Shown here: positions 28,900-42,129 of the stretch, piece by piece | Layout of the letters: every line of letters begins with the position of its first letter | Numbering within the stretch: the stretch's first letter is position 1 | Made by a program: the position numbers and the translations under genes | Notes under the pieces: model-generated | What the model was told of the DNA's origin: nothing | The model's database searches: none | Seen by the model: only the letters and a program-made list of their open reading frames with translations | Assembly: GCA_951406725.2 (NCBI GenBank) | Contig: OX597822.1 | Location: 94,054,001-94,118,000 of the forward strand | Reading direction: 5' to 3' | Length of the DNA: 64,000 nucleotides | Source of the DNA: Octopus vulgaris | Lineage: Eukaryota

Positions 28900-29628
28900 C
28901 TTTCTACCATAGGCACAAAGCCTGAAATTTGGGGAAGGGGGATAGTCGATCACATCGACCTCAGTTCTCAACTGGTACTTTATTTATCGACCGCGAAAGA
29001 ATGAAAGCGAAGTCGACCTCGACGGAATTTGAACTCAGAACGTAGCGACAAATGAAATACCTATTTCTTTATTGCCCACAAGGGGCTAAACAAGGACAGA
29101 CATAGGTATTAAGTCGATTATATCGACCCCAGTGCATAACTGGTACTTATTTAATTGACCCCGAAAGGATGAAAGGCAAAGTCGACCTCGGCGGAATTTG
29201 TACTCAGAACGTAGCGACAAATGAAATACCTATTTCTTTATTGCCCACAAGGGGCTAAACAAGGACAGACAAACGGATTAAGTCGATTACATCGACCCCA
29301 GTGCCTAACTGGTACTTATTTAATCGACCCCGAAAGGATGAAAGGCAAAGTCGACCTCGGCGGAATTTGAACTCAGAACGTAATGGCAGACGAAATACCT
29401 ATTTCTTTATTACCCACAACGGGCTAAACACAGAGAGGACAAACAAGGACAGACAAACGGATGAAGTCGATTATATCGATCCCAGTGCGTAACAGGTACT
29501 TAATTTATCGACCCCGAAAGGATGAAAGGCAAAGTCGACCTCGGCCGAATTTGAACTCAGAACTTAACGGCAGACGAAATACGGCTACGCATTTCGCCCG
29601 GCGTGCTAACGTTTCTGCCAGGTCGGCG
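28900..29628 (-). repeat. Tandem array of family-B SINE units (about 180-bp period)
   Basis: Four successive AAAG(G)C(A/G)AAGTCGACCTCG units. Confidence 0.85.
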
Positions 29629-29630
29629 CT

Positions 29631-29670
<40 letters not shown>

Positions 29671-29684
29671 CAACAACAATGAAT

Positions 29685-30830
29685 AAAGTGCAAATAAAGT
29701 AGCTTTAGCCCTATTATAATCTATCAACCATGCAATGGCAAACTGGAAAACCAGCATAACACTGAAAAATCAATCACAAGTTATGAAAACCGGTCCTACA
29801 CCCATAAAAAGAAAAATTTTTCAAGGAGACTCATTGTCACCTCTGCTTTTCTGCCTTACTCTGACTCTACAAACTTCTTAAACGAAACCAACATAGGTTA
29901 TATATGTAATGGACAAACAAATCATGTCGAAAACATGGATGTCTTTTAAATGTTCACTAAAATTATCACGGAACAAAAAAAAATCTTTCTAAAAATTGTC
30001 CATAATTTCAGCAAGGACATCGTGATGAGCTTGCGAATGGACAAATGTGCTAAACTGACAAAGAAGGAGCAAATTAATCAGCATTGTAAACGACATAGAC
30101 ACAGAAACCAGAAAATTGGACCACAATCGCCTATATGAATATCTAGGAGCAGACGAAATAGTTAAAATACAACTCATAAAAGAAAGGAAATCACGAGAAA
30201 ATACTACAGAAAAGTTAGACTGAAATTAAATACTGAATTCAACGCTGAAAATAAGATATGGGTAAAAAGGCTAGAGTTACCAGTCTAAGTACAGCTTCAA
30301 CATAATAAAGTGGAAGATTAGTGAATTAAGAAACTTAGAAAAACCAGAAAACTATTAACGGTACATCCAAGTCACCAAAAGCAGACGGATAATATATCTA
30401 CCCGGCTCAGAACGAAGTCTCGGCCTGACACAGATAGAGAACAACTTTAAAATAACAGCTGTTGGACTACAAAAAGTGGACGACTATTACGTTATAAAGC
30501 AACACGAAAAGAGGAAAAAAATAGGACGCTTTTCTCTATACAAAGGAGGCGACAAGATACGAATGGAAACAAGCTATACGCAGATGACAACACAGAAGAA
30601 ATGGTCAAAGAGACAAAAAACATGTAAATAGAGCTGCAAAACATACTAAAGAAGAAATGGAGAGAATAAACAATCCATGGTTAATACCGTGCAAAGTTTG
30701 ACAGAGGTGTGAGCCTATTTAAAAGCTAAAAATAGCCCCCAAAAAACTCTGAACTAAAAGCAGAATCGGAAGGACTGATTCTCACTGCACAAGACCAATG
30801 CCTGGCCACAAACAACTAAAACAACACACT
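29685..30830 (+). pseudogene. Degenerate 5'-truncated Dong/R4-like element
   Basis: Remnant motifs QGDSLSPLLFCL (about 29822), MDKCAKL, YEYLG and AESEGLILTAQDQCL (about 30760-30805) with many stops and frameshifts; begins right after (TAA)n(CAA)n. Confidence 0.8.
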
Positions 30831-31506
30831 CGTATCCCTTATCCGTTACTGAATGGATGTTCCATGCTATTAGCTGTAATATCTTTTTCCTTTGATTTCG
30901 ACTGCACGGTTGAGTAGTCTGCTAACTGCGGATAGCTGCTCAGGCGGAGCAAGGAATGCAATGTTTTCGTATCTGGCCAGATGGCGTAGGGAAGGCGATG
31001 TTTAGATTACTTCTTCTTGGCCCATTCCTGATTACAAGCTGGGTAGTACTATCTTCAAAATATATTTCTTTACTACCCACAAGGGGCTAAACACAGATGG
31101 GACAAACAAAGGACAGACAATGAGATTAAGTTGATTACATCCACCCAGCGCGTAACTGGTACTTAGTTTATCGACCCCGAAAGGATGAAAGGCAAAGTCG
31201 ATCTCGGCGGAATTTGAACTCGGAACGTAACGGCGGACGAAATACGGCTACGCATATCACCCGGCGTGCTAACGTTTCTGCCAGTTCGTTGCCTTGGGTG
31301 CTGCTGGACTTTTCCTCTCAACCAGATCTGAGAGAAGCGCGGCCAGTGGTCCAAGTGTTCTCCATGTACAGGTTGTTGCTGTAACTCAGTGGTCAGTTCC
31401 ATCTGTTGGTTCACTGCTCGTTCATTGCTGTAACATTTAGGCGAGGTTATGAGGAATAAAAAAAATGTCCAACAACCTCACTTCCACTCCCCACAGCTCC
31501 ACCGAT

Positions 31507-31893
31507 GGATGGAAGCACTCCGTCGGTTACGACGACGAGGGTTCCGGTTGATCCGATCAACGGAACAGCCTGCTCGTGAAGTTAACGTGTAAGTGGCTGA
31601 GCACTCCACAGACACGTGTACCCTTAACGTAGTTCTCGGGGATATTCAACGTGACACAGAGAGTGACAAGGCCGGCCCTTTGAAATACATGGTACAACAG
31701 AAACAGGAAGTAAGAGTGAGAGAAAGTTGTGGTGAAAGAGTACAGCAGGGATCACCACCATCCCTGCCGGAGCCTCGTGAAGCTTTAGGTGTTTTCGCTC
31801 AATAAACACTCACAACGCCCGGTCTGGGAATCGAAACCTGGATCCTACGACCGCGAGTCCGCTGCCCTAACCACTGGGCCATTGCGCCTCCAC
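31507..31893 (-). mobile_element. SINE family C with 11-bp TSD
   Basis: Reverse copy; TSD GCTCCACCGAT at 31496-31506 and 31894-31904. Related copies at 18128-18450 and 20672-20956. Confidence 0.88.
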
Positions 31894-32134
31894 GCTCCAC
31901 CGATATCCACGTATCAGTCAACGAGGCGGCCTCTATGTGGCTCTAGAAATAACAGCTACCTCTTTCTTAAATCACAACCATAAGGTTGTCTCAAAAAATA
32001 AATAAGAAATAATAATAATAAAAGCTGTATATTGGACACAGTAATATATGATGGAAAAAATAAGATGAGTGGTCAAGGCTGGAAAATCTGATCATAGGTT
32101 TGTTCAATCAGCTTCACAAATTATAAATAATGCG

Positions 32135-32294
32135 CAGGCGTTGGCGTTGTTGTGTGATAAGAAGCTTGCTTTCCAACCACATGGTTCCGGGTTCAGTCCC
32201 ACTGCGTAGCATCTTGGGCAAGTGTCTTTTACTATAGCCTTCGGCCGACCAAAGCCTTGTGAGTGGATTTGGTAAACGGAAACTGAAAGAAGCT

Positions 32295-32349
<55 letters not shown>

Positions 32350-32552
32350 GTGTGGTCTCCCCCATCACCGTTTGACAACCGGTGTTGGTGTGTTTACGTC
32401 TCCGTAACGTAGCACTTCGGCAAAAAAGACCGATAGAACGATGAAATAAGTATTAGGTTTAAGAAATAAGCCTTGGAGTCGATTTATTCGATTAAAACCC
32501 TCCAAAGCAGTGCTCCAGCATGGCGGCAGTCAAATCACTGAAACAAGTAAAA
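32135..32552 (+). mobile_element. SINE family A
   Basis: Full copy ending about 440 bp upstream of the XRRA1-like start. Confidence 0.8.
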
Positions 32553-32958
32553 TAACAACCATTACTCTCACTGCCCCTACACTTATACCGAAAGATCACC
32601 ACCGTTATTTCTACCACCACTACCACCACCGCCGGCCCCGTCATTACGACGTCAACGTACAACACCTGTGATACGATTTAAGAGTGTGGGTTGGGTGTGA
32701 GGAGCAGCTGTCGCTAGAAATAACGACCAAATCCACTCCTCCACTGCCTAAATCACGCACCATAACATACACCTGAAATAATGTAGTGCGCGTCATTGTT
32801 TCTAGCAGACAGGGTGGTTTTACAGCTGGAAATGTCTTTGAATGTAGTTCCGGTCAAGTACAGGCTGACCTAAGACCAAACAACAACAACAACAACAGCG
32901 ACTGGTTAATATCTTTTCGTTGTTGTGCTTCAACACAACCGGGGTCTTGTGTTTACTA

Positions 32959-32972
32959 GTTGCCATGTCAAC
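32959..32972. promoter_or_regulatory. RFX X-box-like motif
   Basis: GTTGCCATGTCAAC, one mismatch from the palindromic X-box GTTGCCATGGCAAC, 30 bp upstream of the inferred ATG. Confidence 0.55.
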
Positions 32973-32984
32973 GTCAATATCTAC

Positions 32985-32996
32985 CAAGATGGCGGC
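32985..32996 (+). promoter_or_regulatory. YY1-type motif overlapping the start codon
   Basis: CAAGATGGCGGC, the YY1 consensus, which often overlaps translation starts in metazoan genes. Confidence 0.5.
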
Positions 32997-33115
32997 AAAG
33001 AAGTTTACAAATATCCGAAGTGATAGCAGCAGTAACTCAGGCCGCTCCACAGAGTCACGAGTTTATTTAGGCAATTACTTCCCGATAAGACTGCGAAATG
33101 GAGTAATTTCCTATG
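32989..33115 (+). CDS. XRRA1: XRRA1-like LRR gene, coding exon 1
   Basis: ATG at 32989 (an in-frame ATG also lies at 32965) gives MAAKKFTNIRSDSSSNSGRSTESRVYLGNYFPIRLRNGVISY, then donor G|GTTAGT in phase 1. YLGNYFPIR resembles the vertebrate XRRA1 N-terminal YLNNCFPAR motif (recalled). Confidence 0.75.
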
Positions 33116-33647
33116 GTTAGTTTATTAATGGAAACATTCATAAACCCATACTTTATATATAGTCTTAATTTGCTTTCAGTTTTTTTTTGTTTTTTTTTTA
33201 TTGATTTTGTAACCTAACAAGGCACAATGTTTTGTATTGATTTCTGTCTAGACACACTGCCTTATATTGATCTTAACTCGGCACATTGTCTTGTATTTAT
33301 AGGGAATAGGAAATAGATTGGAGTGACATGATTTTTTAACGATGTAAGTAAGTATACTGGGCTGGCTACAAATAGGAATCGAACCCACTAAAGTTACTGT
33401 AGTAATAATAATAATGGTTATAATATTTATTAATAATGAAAACATTGTTGTTGATGATTTTTTTTTGTTAATTAGGTATAAAGTCACTAAGGGAAAGAAG
33501 GATTGCTTTTTGGTTCATGTGGATCGAGTCGCCGGTACTCGTTACATGTATATACGTGAGACAATGTTGGGCTTTATTTGCAACACAATTTATCCATTTC
33601 ATAAAATTCAAAGGAGGAAAAATATTGCATTAAAATATTAACGAATA

Positions 33648-33687
<40 letters not shown>

Positions 33688-33896
33688 AATAATTGAGGGT
33701 AAAACTAATTATTTATTAATCAATTTCACCAAGTAGTGTTCAGTATGTAAAAGGACCATTTAAGGCGTATTCAAAATATTACATTATATAATTAGGGCTT
33801 AGTAAAATAAATTGCTTTGCCACATACTGAACTTTTTAGAAATAGCAGCTAAAAAGTTTTTTTTAGCTATTTCCACTACTTTAAGAAAATTATATA

Positions 33897-33951
<55 letters not shown>

Positions 33952-34529
33952 CCTGTCTTTTACCCTTTCGCGTTAGATCACTGCAACCCTCTTATCTCTT
34001 CCGTCAACAGAATTCAGTTCTCATTTCACCGTATTTAGAGCTCTACGTTATGTTTTTGCCTCGATATACTCACTATTTCCTGTCACTGATGGTTATGGCT
34101 ATTAGTTTAACTGATCTTGCGAGATATTTCCATTATATATTCCCCTACATTAATATTGCTTATCGATCTGCCTTATCAACCGCATCATTCAGTCCTGTTC
34201 TATAGGTGTGTTTTTAATTACTTTTCTCCGCGAGCTTTTTCCATTATATTTTCAATAAGATCCTGTTTACCTATTGATTATGTTGCATAATATTAAGTTA
34301 CATATTCATCGCTTGATATCGATTCTTATCTATTATGTTACACATGGATAGCCATCTCTATTATGTTTCCTATTAAATGTGACACACCTTGTTACATTAC
34401 TGATTGTCCCATATGTTACATATCGATTATGCACTCAGTTATGATACGTATCAATTTTGTTCCATATATTATGTATTGATTATATTCTCTTTCTCATACA
34501 TACATGTGTATATATATATGTATGTATGT

Positions 34530-34563
<34 letters not shown>

Positions 34564-34571
34564 ATACATAT

Positions 34572-34617
<46 letters not shown>

Positions 34618-34628
34618 TATATATACAT

Positions 34629-34689
<61 letters not shown>

Positions 34690-34702
34690 TCATATATATA
34701 TA

Positions 34703-35180
34703 TCATCATCATCATCATCGTTTAACGTCCGTTCTCCATGCTAGCATGGGTTGGACGGTTCGACCGGGTTCTGGGAAGCCAGAAGGCTGCACCAGGCTCC
34801 AGTCTAATCTGGCAATGTTTCTACAGCTGGATGCCCTTCCTAACGCCAACCACTCCGTGAGTGTAGTGGGTGCTTTTTACGTGCCACCTGCACAGGTGCC
34901 AGGCGAGGCTGGCAATGGCCACGGTCGGATTGGTGTATTTTATGTGCCACCGGCACGGAAGCCAGTCGAGGCGGTGCTGGCATCGGCCACGAGTCGGATA
35001 GTGCTTTTTACGTACCACCAGACCAGGGATCCTGGCTGGTTCAATTCGATTTCGATTTCGATTTCGCTTGCCCCAACATGTCTTCACAAGCAAAGGGGGT
35101 TGGCATGGGTGCCTGTCGTACGGTCGGATTGGAGTATTTTACGTGCCACCGGCACGGAAGCCAGTCGAAGCTGCGCTATT
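34703..35180 (-). mobile_element. RTE 3'-UTR-derived short element with (GAT)n tail
   Basis: Matches the 3' end of the 23800-26110 LINE. Similar copies at 8233-8680, 35790-35980, 43010-43255, 50940-51105, 54510-54730 and 56047-56180. Confidence 0.8.
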
Positions 35181-35790
<610 letters not shown>

Positions 35791-36416
35791 CATCATCATC
35801 GTTTAACGTCTGTTTTCCGTGCTAGCACGGGTTGGACGGTTCGACTGGGGTCTGGGAAGCCTGGGGCTGCTCCAGGCTCCAGTCTGATCTGGCAGAGTTT
35901 CTACGGCTGGATGCCCTTCCTAACGCCAACCACTCCGCGAGTGTAGTGGGTGCTTTTTACGTGCCACCTGCACAGGTGCGATATATATATATATATATAT
36001 TCGTATGTCAGGTCGCTCTTCAGTGCTACATGTAGTCCAGTACAACCTGTTCCATGGTCGGGTCATCGGCGACTAAACTGGCAACACCACCAGGCTTGCT
36101 TTGTGAAGCGGGTGCTTGTTGAACACCCTGCTAGACAAAAAATGAGACCCGTCAAAGGGCGGAGGAACTATAAAGTGGTCAATGGCCATTCAACTACGTG
36201 TGTTTGTGTGTGTGTATATTGTATATATTGCATTTTAAGCTCTGTGTGTATGTTTATGAAAAGTACTGTATTTCAGCATGTGTATGTACATATTGTATAT
36301 TGTGCTTTTAAATTGTATATATTGTATGTCAATCTTATTTTTAAATTTACTCAGTTTTTATCCCAATTTTTAATTTGTATTTATTTCTCTTACCTGAATT
36401 TCTTTCTATAAATAGA

Positions 36417-36811
36417 CTAGCAGTATCGCCTGGCGTTGCTCGGGTTTGTAAGGGAAATAACTATATAAGCATTTTTAGAGATGTAAAGTATAATAGCCAT
36501 CTCAATATGGCTAACCACAAAGGGGGGGTTACTGTAGCTTTTTACGTTCTGAGATTTAATAATACATTTTTAGAGAGTTACTTCCCTTATATAATAGCAA
36601 AAAAATGCATTAAAAAATGGGAAAAAATGATGGTAAATTTTTTTTTAAATCATAGACTCATTGTAGATGCGCACTAATACCCAGAAGGGCTCAATATGAA
36701 TCACGACTATAAGATACCCACTTTTGGTTACACTGCACCGCAAAATGTGGGAGTAGTTAGGAATCTAAATCGTAGGAGATAGACACACAACTTTAGTTTT
36801 ATATATAAAGA
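36417..36811 (-). mobile_element. Non-autonomous Helitron (copy 1 of a tandem pair)
   Basis: Reverse complement of the 28331 family; CTAG end at 36417-36420, TC start at 36810-36811. Confidence 0.85.
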
Positions 36812-37207
36812 CTAGCAGTATCGCCCGGCGTTGCTCGGGTTTGTAAGGGAAATAACTATATAAGCATTTTTAGAGCGTTATAGCCAAAATATAGCAAAAA
36901 ATGCATTAAAAATGGAAAAAAAATGATGGTCAATTTTTTTTTAAATCGTTGACTCATCGTAGACATTTTTAGAGAGTTACTTCCCTTATATAATAGCGAA
37001 AAAATGCATTAAAATGGAAAAAATGATGGTAAATTATTTTTAAAATCGTAGACTCATTGTAGACGCGCGCTAATACCCAGAAGGGCTCGATATGAATCAC
37101 GACTATAAGATACCTGGTTTTGGTTAAACTGCACCGCAAAATGTGGGAGTAGTTAGGAATCTAAATCGTAGGAGACAGACACACAACTTTAGTTTTATAT
37201 ATAAAGA
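36812..37207 (-). mobile_element. Non-autonomous Helitron (copy 2 of a tandem pair)
   Basis: CTAG end at 36812-36815 directly abuts the TC of copy 1; A|TC start at 37207. Confidence 0.85.
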
Positions 37208-37209
37208 TG

Positions 37210-39645
37210 AGTGGTGGATAGAGCTCCTCCATTTCTCCAAGCCATGGTGAAGGCAGTCTATCTACAAGAAAGTAACTCTGAATTTAAATACTTCACTGAT
37301 CTCTTGTAGTTAGCCTTTGGTTGGGCAAAGAATAGGAGAAGGACACTCAGATATAAACCTGCAACTGCAAATGCACCCAATGATGTCGATTTGCTCTTCT
37401 TTTTGGATCATGCTTTGTAGTTTAGAGAGTGGGAATGGTTGCTCTGCAAAACTTTTCCTCACTTTAAAAAACGTCAAGCGCAGGTATTGCTGGAGAGAGC
37501 AAAGAAATGGACATCTTGTATGTACATGGCTGGCCGAAGCTTAAAAAGGTACATCTAAACAATAAAAGTTCATATTGATAATGAAGTAAATGGCAAAAAG
37601 GTCTCTGGAACATTTTGTTCTGTGGTCTGGCCTGGCAGGTGTCCCTGGATCCGGTCATCGTCCTGCAACTGTGAGTAAATCTAAGTTAAGATGCAAGCCT
37701 ATGAATATAGGATGCTGGAATGTTTGAACGTTGTTAGACAATGATTGTTTGAAGTCTCGTCCAGAGAGAAAATCCGCGCTTGTTGCAAAAGAGTTACAGC
37801 GGTATGATACGGATGTTGTAGCATTAGCTGAAACAAGAATTCATGGAAAGGGGAATTTCATAGAATAATCTGCTGGATATCATTTCTTTTGGAGCGGTAG
37901 AGAAAAGACCTATAAGAGAGAATCAGCAGTGGGATTTGCTATCAAAACCATCCTGGCTTCAAAACTTGAGGAACTACCATGTGGTCATTTGGATCGTTTG
38001 ATGTCTTTAAGACTTCCATTAAGAAAAGGTCACTATGCAACACTCATAAGTGCATATGCTCCAACTAAGAATTCATCAGAGGATGATAAACTTGCCTTCT
38101 ATCTATCACTTACAGAGATTATACGCAATATCCCCCATGATGACTAAGTTGTCATTTCGGGTGATTTTAATGCTCCCGTTGGTGCCGATTGGGAGATTTG
38201 GGGTGTCCTAGGAAAGCATGGGGTTGAGAGTTCCAACAGTAATGGTTTGCTACTGTTACAAATGTGCTTAGAAATGAACTTGTGTGTCATGAATACAATG
38301 TTTCGACTAAAGAATAACTATAAAATGACATGGATGCACCCTGGTTCTAAGAAACAGCATCTTACAGATTACATCCTCACTAGGAAATGAGATACTAGGG
38401 ACTTGGTTATTGTACGAGTGGTGTGTAGTGCAGAGTGCTGGACTTATCATAGGCTTTTGCATGCCAAGGTGAATCCTGTTGTCAAGTCTAATGTTAGAGC
38501 AAATAGTGACAAATTGCCTAAATAGATTGATGTGAATAAGCTTAAGATTCCGTCAGTACGCAATGAGTTTGTGAGTGAGATAAATAATTTGTCCTGTGAT
38601 GGAAGTCATTCAAAGAAAGAGTGTACAAGATTTGTAGTAACATTCTTGGCTTTGTTGTAAAAAAAACACCAAGATTGGTTTGGCGATAATGATGAAGAAG
38701 TTAATCTTATCTTAGAGGAGAAACGAAAGGCATTTAACATGTTGCAAAATGTTGACATGTCAATGAACAGTACAGTGGCTACGTATATCAAGGCTGAAAA
38801 AGCAAGTGCTGAGGAAGCTATGGATGATGCAGAAAAATTGAGTGATAGATGCGATGAAAGCCAAGAAGCTTCAAATGCTAACAATTCCAAACTTTTTTAC
38901 TCTCTCTTGAAAAAAGTTTATGGACCAGTTTCATCAAAGGTTGTGCCACTTCAGAGCAAGGATGGCACAGAATTATTAACAAATCCTAAAGATATTGTTG
39001 GGAGATGGAAAGAACATTTTGATGAGTTGCTCAATAGACCCACTGAAGTTGATCTCTCTTTTCTTGATAATATACCCAAGAGACCATTAAAACATCTTAT
39101 AGCAGAAGTTCCAAACCTGGCTGAAATAAAGGCAGCAATCAGGAAATTGAACAATGGAAAGGCCCCTGGCATAGATGGACTAGGTGCAGGGATATATAAA
39201 TATGGTGGTGATCATCTCTGTGCAATGTTGACAGATGTGATTCAGAGGGTTTGGCAAAGTGAAGAGGTTCTTCCGGATTAGTGTGATGCAACTATGGAGA
39301 TACTATATAAATCTAAAGGTGGAAAGGATGTCTGTGATAATTATCACAGCATCTGTCTGTTAGCTGTTGCTGGAAAGGTCTTCTGTAGGGCAATGCTGGA
39401 TAGATTGCTTCTGCACATTGCTGATGAGGTTCTACCAGAATCGCAATGTGGGTTTAGGGATAGTCAGGGTACTATGGATATGATATTTTCAGCTAGACAG
39501 TTGCAAGAGAAGTGCATCGAAGAGGATATGGACTTATACCAAGTTTTCATTGACCTAACAAAAGCATTTGATTCTATCAATAGAATTGCACTTTGGGAGA
39601 TCCTAAAAAAGCTAGGATGCCCTGAAAAATTTGTGAGAATGGTTT
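37210..39645 (+). mobile_element. RTE (BovB-like) LINE pseudogene: 5' region, APE endonuclease, partial RT
   Basis: NIGCWNV, ALAETR, ISAYAPT, GDFNA, TWMHP and DYIL (APE); GKAPGIDG, ESQCGFR and FIDLTKAFDS (RT); multiple stops; truncated near 39645. Confidence 0.9.
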
Positions 39646-39785
39646 GTATATTTATAGATAAATATATAAAAATATACGATAAATAAAACCCCAAAGTACG
39701 ATATGTAGATGCATATAATGCTGAAGGGTTACACCTGATTGATTTAGAAATTTGTTTTCCCAAATTATTTATATATATATGTATG

Positions 39786-39823
<38 letters not shown>

Positions 39824-40390
39824 AAAGGACCCCATAAAGACAAGAAAATCAGTGGCAGAAGCCCCAAAAATGGGAAACATATTAAACGAATATTGCATAA
39901 AAAACAGTAAATGACAAGACAAAAATCTGAAGAAACAACTAACAAGAGCGAAATTCTCATCAGAGACTAAAACCGAATTCTTTGTAAAAGAATGCAGAGT
40001 TGGTAGATGTGGGATGAGCAGTAACCCCACCTACAAATATATAGAGGGGAAACAAACAAATAAAATTTAAGAGTGGCCACATATTCAAAGTAAATGCAGA
40101 CATGAACTGCAAGACGCAGAATGTAATGAACTGCATAACTTGCCCCACATGCAAGGAGAATTATATAGGCGAAACTGGAAATTCTTTATGCCAATGAGCC
40201 AGAATTCACCGACAACATGTCCAACAGGAGGAACTGCGAAAGATTCCACTCAATAAACACTTAGATACATGTGGAGAAGGAAAATTTAAGATCTTTTCCT
40301 TCTAAAAATGCCCAAAGAATGACACCTTCAGGAAAAATATGGAAAAATCCTTCATAACAAAGTTCTCTCCCAAATTGAATGGCTGAAAAT
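39645..40390 (+). mobile_element. Penelope-like element remnant with GIY-YIG endonuclease
   Basis: 40120-40385 reads NVMNCITCPTCKENYIGETG...RIHRQH...H...C, a degenerate PLE GIY-YIG domain. Confidence 0.75.
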
Positions 40391-41509
40391 ATTTCTGTAA
40401 TGATTTGTACTAGATGAAGGACCAATTTTGTAAAGTAAATTGTATTAAACACACACAGTACTACACATATGTACATATACATAAATAAAAACAATCTTTC
40501 ATCCAGATTCTCCAACCCATGTCAGCACAAGAATTAAACATTGGATTGAAAGAACTGAACAGCAGTATAGATGTCAACACAATTATTTCTTCTTCCTTTC
40601 TTCATTCTTTCTTTCCTTCTCTTTTCCATTGACACTCCTCTCAGATACCCAGGCACCCCCCCACACACACTCTCACAAGACAATGATAAAAAGAAATCCA
40701 GACAATTTTTTGAAAAATAACATTTTACCCCCCTTGAAGTGACCAGCTGGGTTTGCCATTTCTAAAAGCCAATAATCATTTTATATTAAAAGGACTGACC
40801 AGCTGCAAAGATGTCAACACAGGTTTTCTTATTTCTCTTCTCCTTCTTCCTTTCCTTCTCTTTTCCATTGACACTCCTATATAATATACAGCGATCCCTG
40901 CTGTACTCTTTCGCCACAACTTTCTCTCATTCTTTCTTCTGTTGGCCTGCTTGCTTAGCCAGCGGGGTGGCTGGCGTCATTTGCAGGCTAAAACAATGTG
41001 AAGCGCATTGTCACCAGCGATATGTAACAACATCTGATAGCCTGATCGGTCACTGTGATATATACACACACACATATATATTATTATTATTATCATTATT
41101 GTTTTTACGTATTATTATTATTGTTTTTACATATTATTTTTGTATTCATATTCGTGTAACATCGTCCGTTTTTCTGTCCTTGTTTTGTATACATTCAAAG
41201 CCTTCTTCCAAAGAATCTAATGCACTTAGCTTAGTTTTTCCTTGGGGCTGGCCAGATTGGAGCAATCTCAAGATTAATCAGCCGAAATTGCGAGGATGAT
41301 CCGGTTCTTGACTGAAGATTGAAGGCTTCGAATGTCCCGTCCATGTTTTTTGTATCGTCTTCAAAATGTTTTGCGTTCTTGTCCCAGTTTGTATTTTTTA
41401 TACATATATATATATATATTGAGGAAGTGGTTGCAACTTATCTGAATTAGCTTTTCCATTAAATCTATTGTTATGATTCTGCTATATTTCATATTGATTA
41501 ACATGTATC

Positions 41510-41968
41510 TATTTCTTTACTACCCACAAGGGGCTAAACACAGAGGGGACAAACAAGGACAGACAAAGGTATTAAGTCGATTACATTGACCCCAGTGCGT
41601 AACTGGTACTTAATTTATCGACCCCGAAAGGATGAAAGGCAAAGTCGACCTCGGTGGAATTTGAACTCAGAGGTTGACTTTGCCTTTCATCCTCGGGGTC
41701 GATAAATTAAGTACCAGTTACGCACTGGGGTCGATGTAACCGACAAGGGGCTAAACACAGAGGGGACAAACAAGGACAGACAAAGGTATTAAGTCGATTA
41801 CATCAACCCCAGTGCGTAACTGATACTTAATTTATCGACCCCGAAAGGATGAAAGGCAAAGTCGACCTTGGCGGAATTTGAACTCAGAGGTCGACTTTGC
41901 CTTTCATCCTCTCAGAGTCGATAAATTAAGTACCAGATACGCACTGGGGTCGATGTAATCGACTTAAT
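41510..41968. repeat. Alternating inverted family-B SINE segments (double fold-back)
   Basis: Minus/plus/minus/plus segments pivoting at GAACTCAGAGGT(T/C)GACTTTGCC (about 41665 and 41885). Confidence 0.85.
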
Positions 41969-42129
41969 ATCATGATGTTATAGGTGTAGGTATGGCTATA
42001 TGTTTAAGTAGTTAACTTTGCAACCACATGGTTTTGTGTTCAATCCCATTGCATGCTGCAATAGTCATGAGACAACAAAGGTTGTGTGAATAAAAGGTGG
42101 TATTTGAATTGTAGCTTGTCATGTGTGTA

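Noticed and set aside
22180-29628. CRISPR-like arrays (225-bp repeat and SINE-B array)
   Set aside because: No unique spacers, units are far too long, no cas genes, and the context is eukaryotic.
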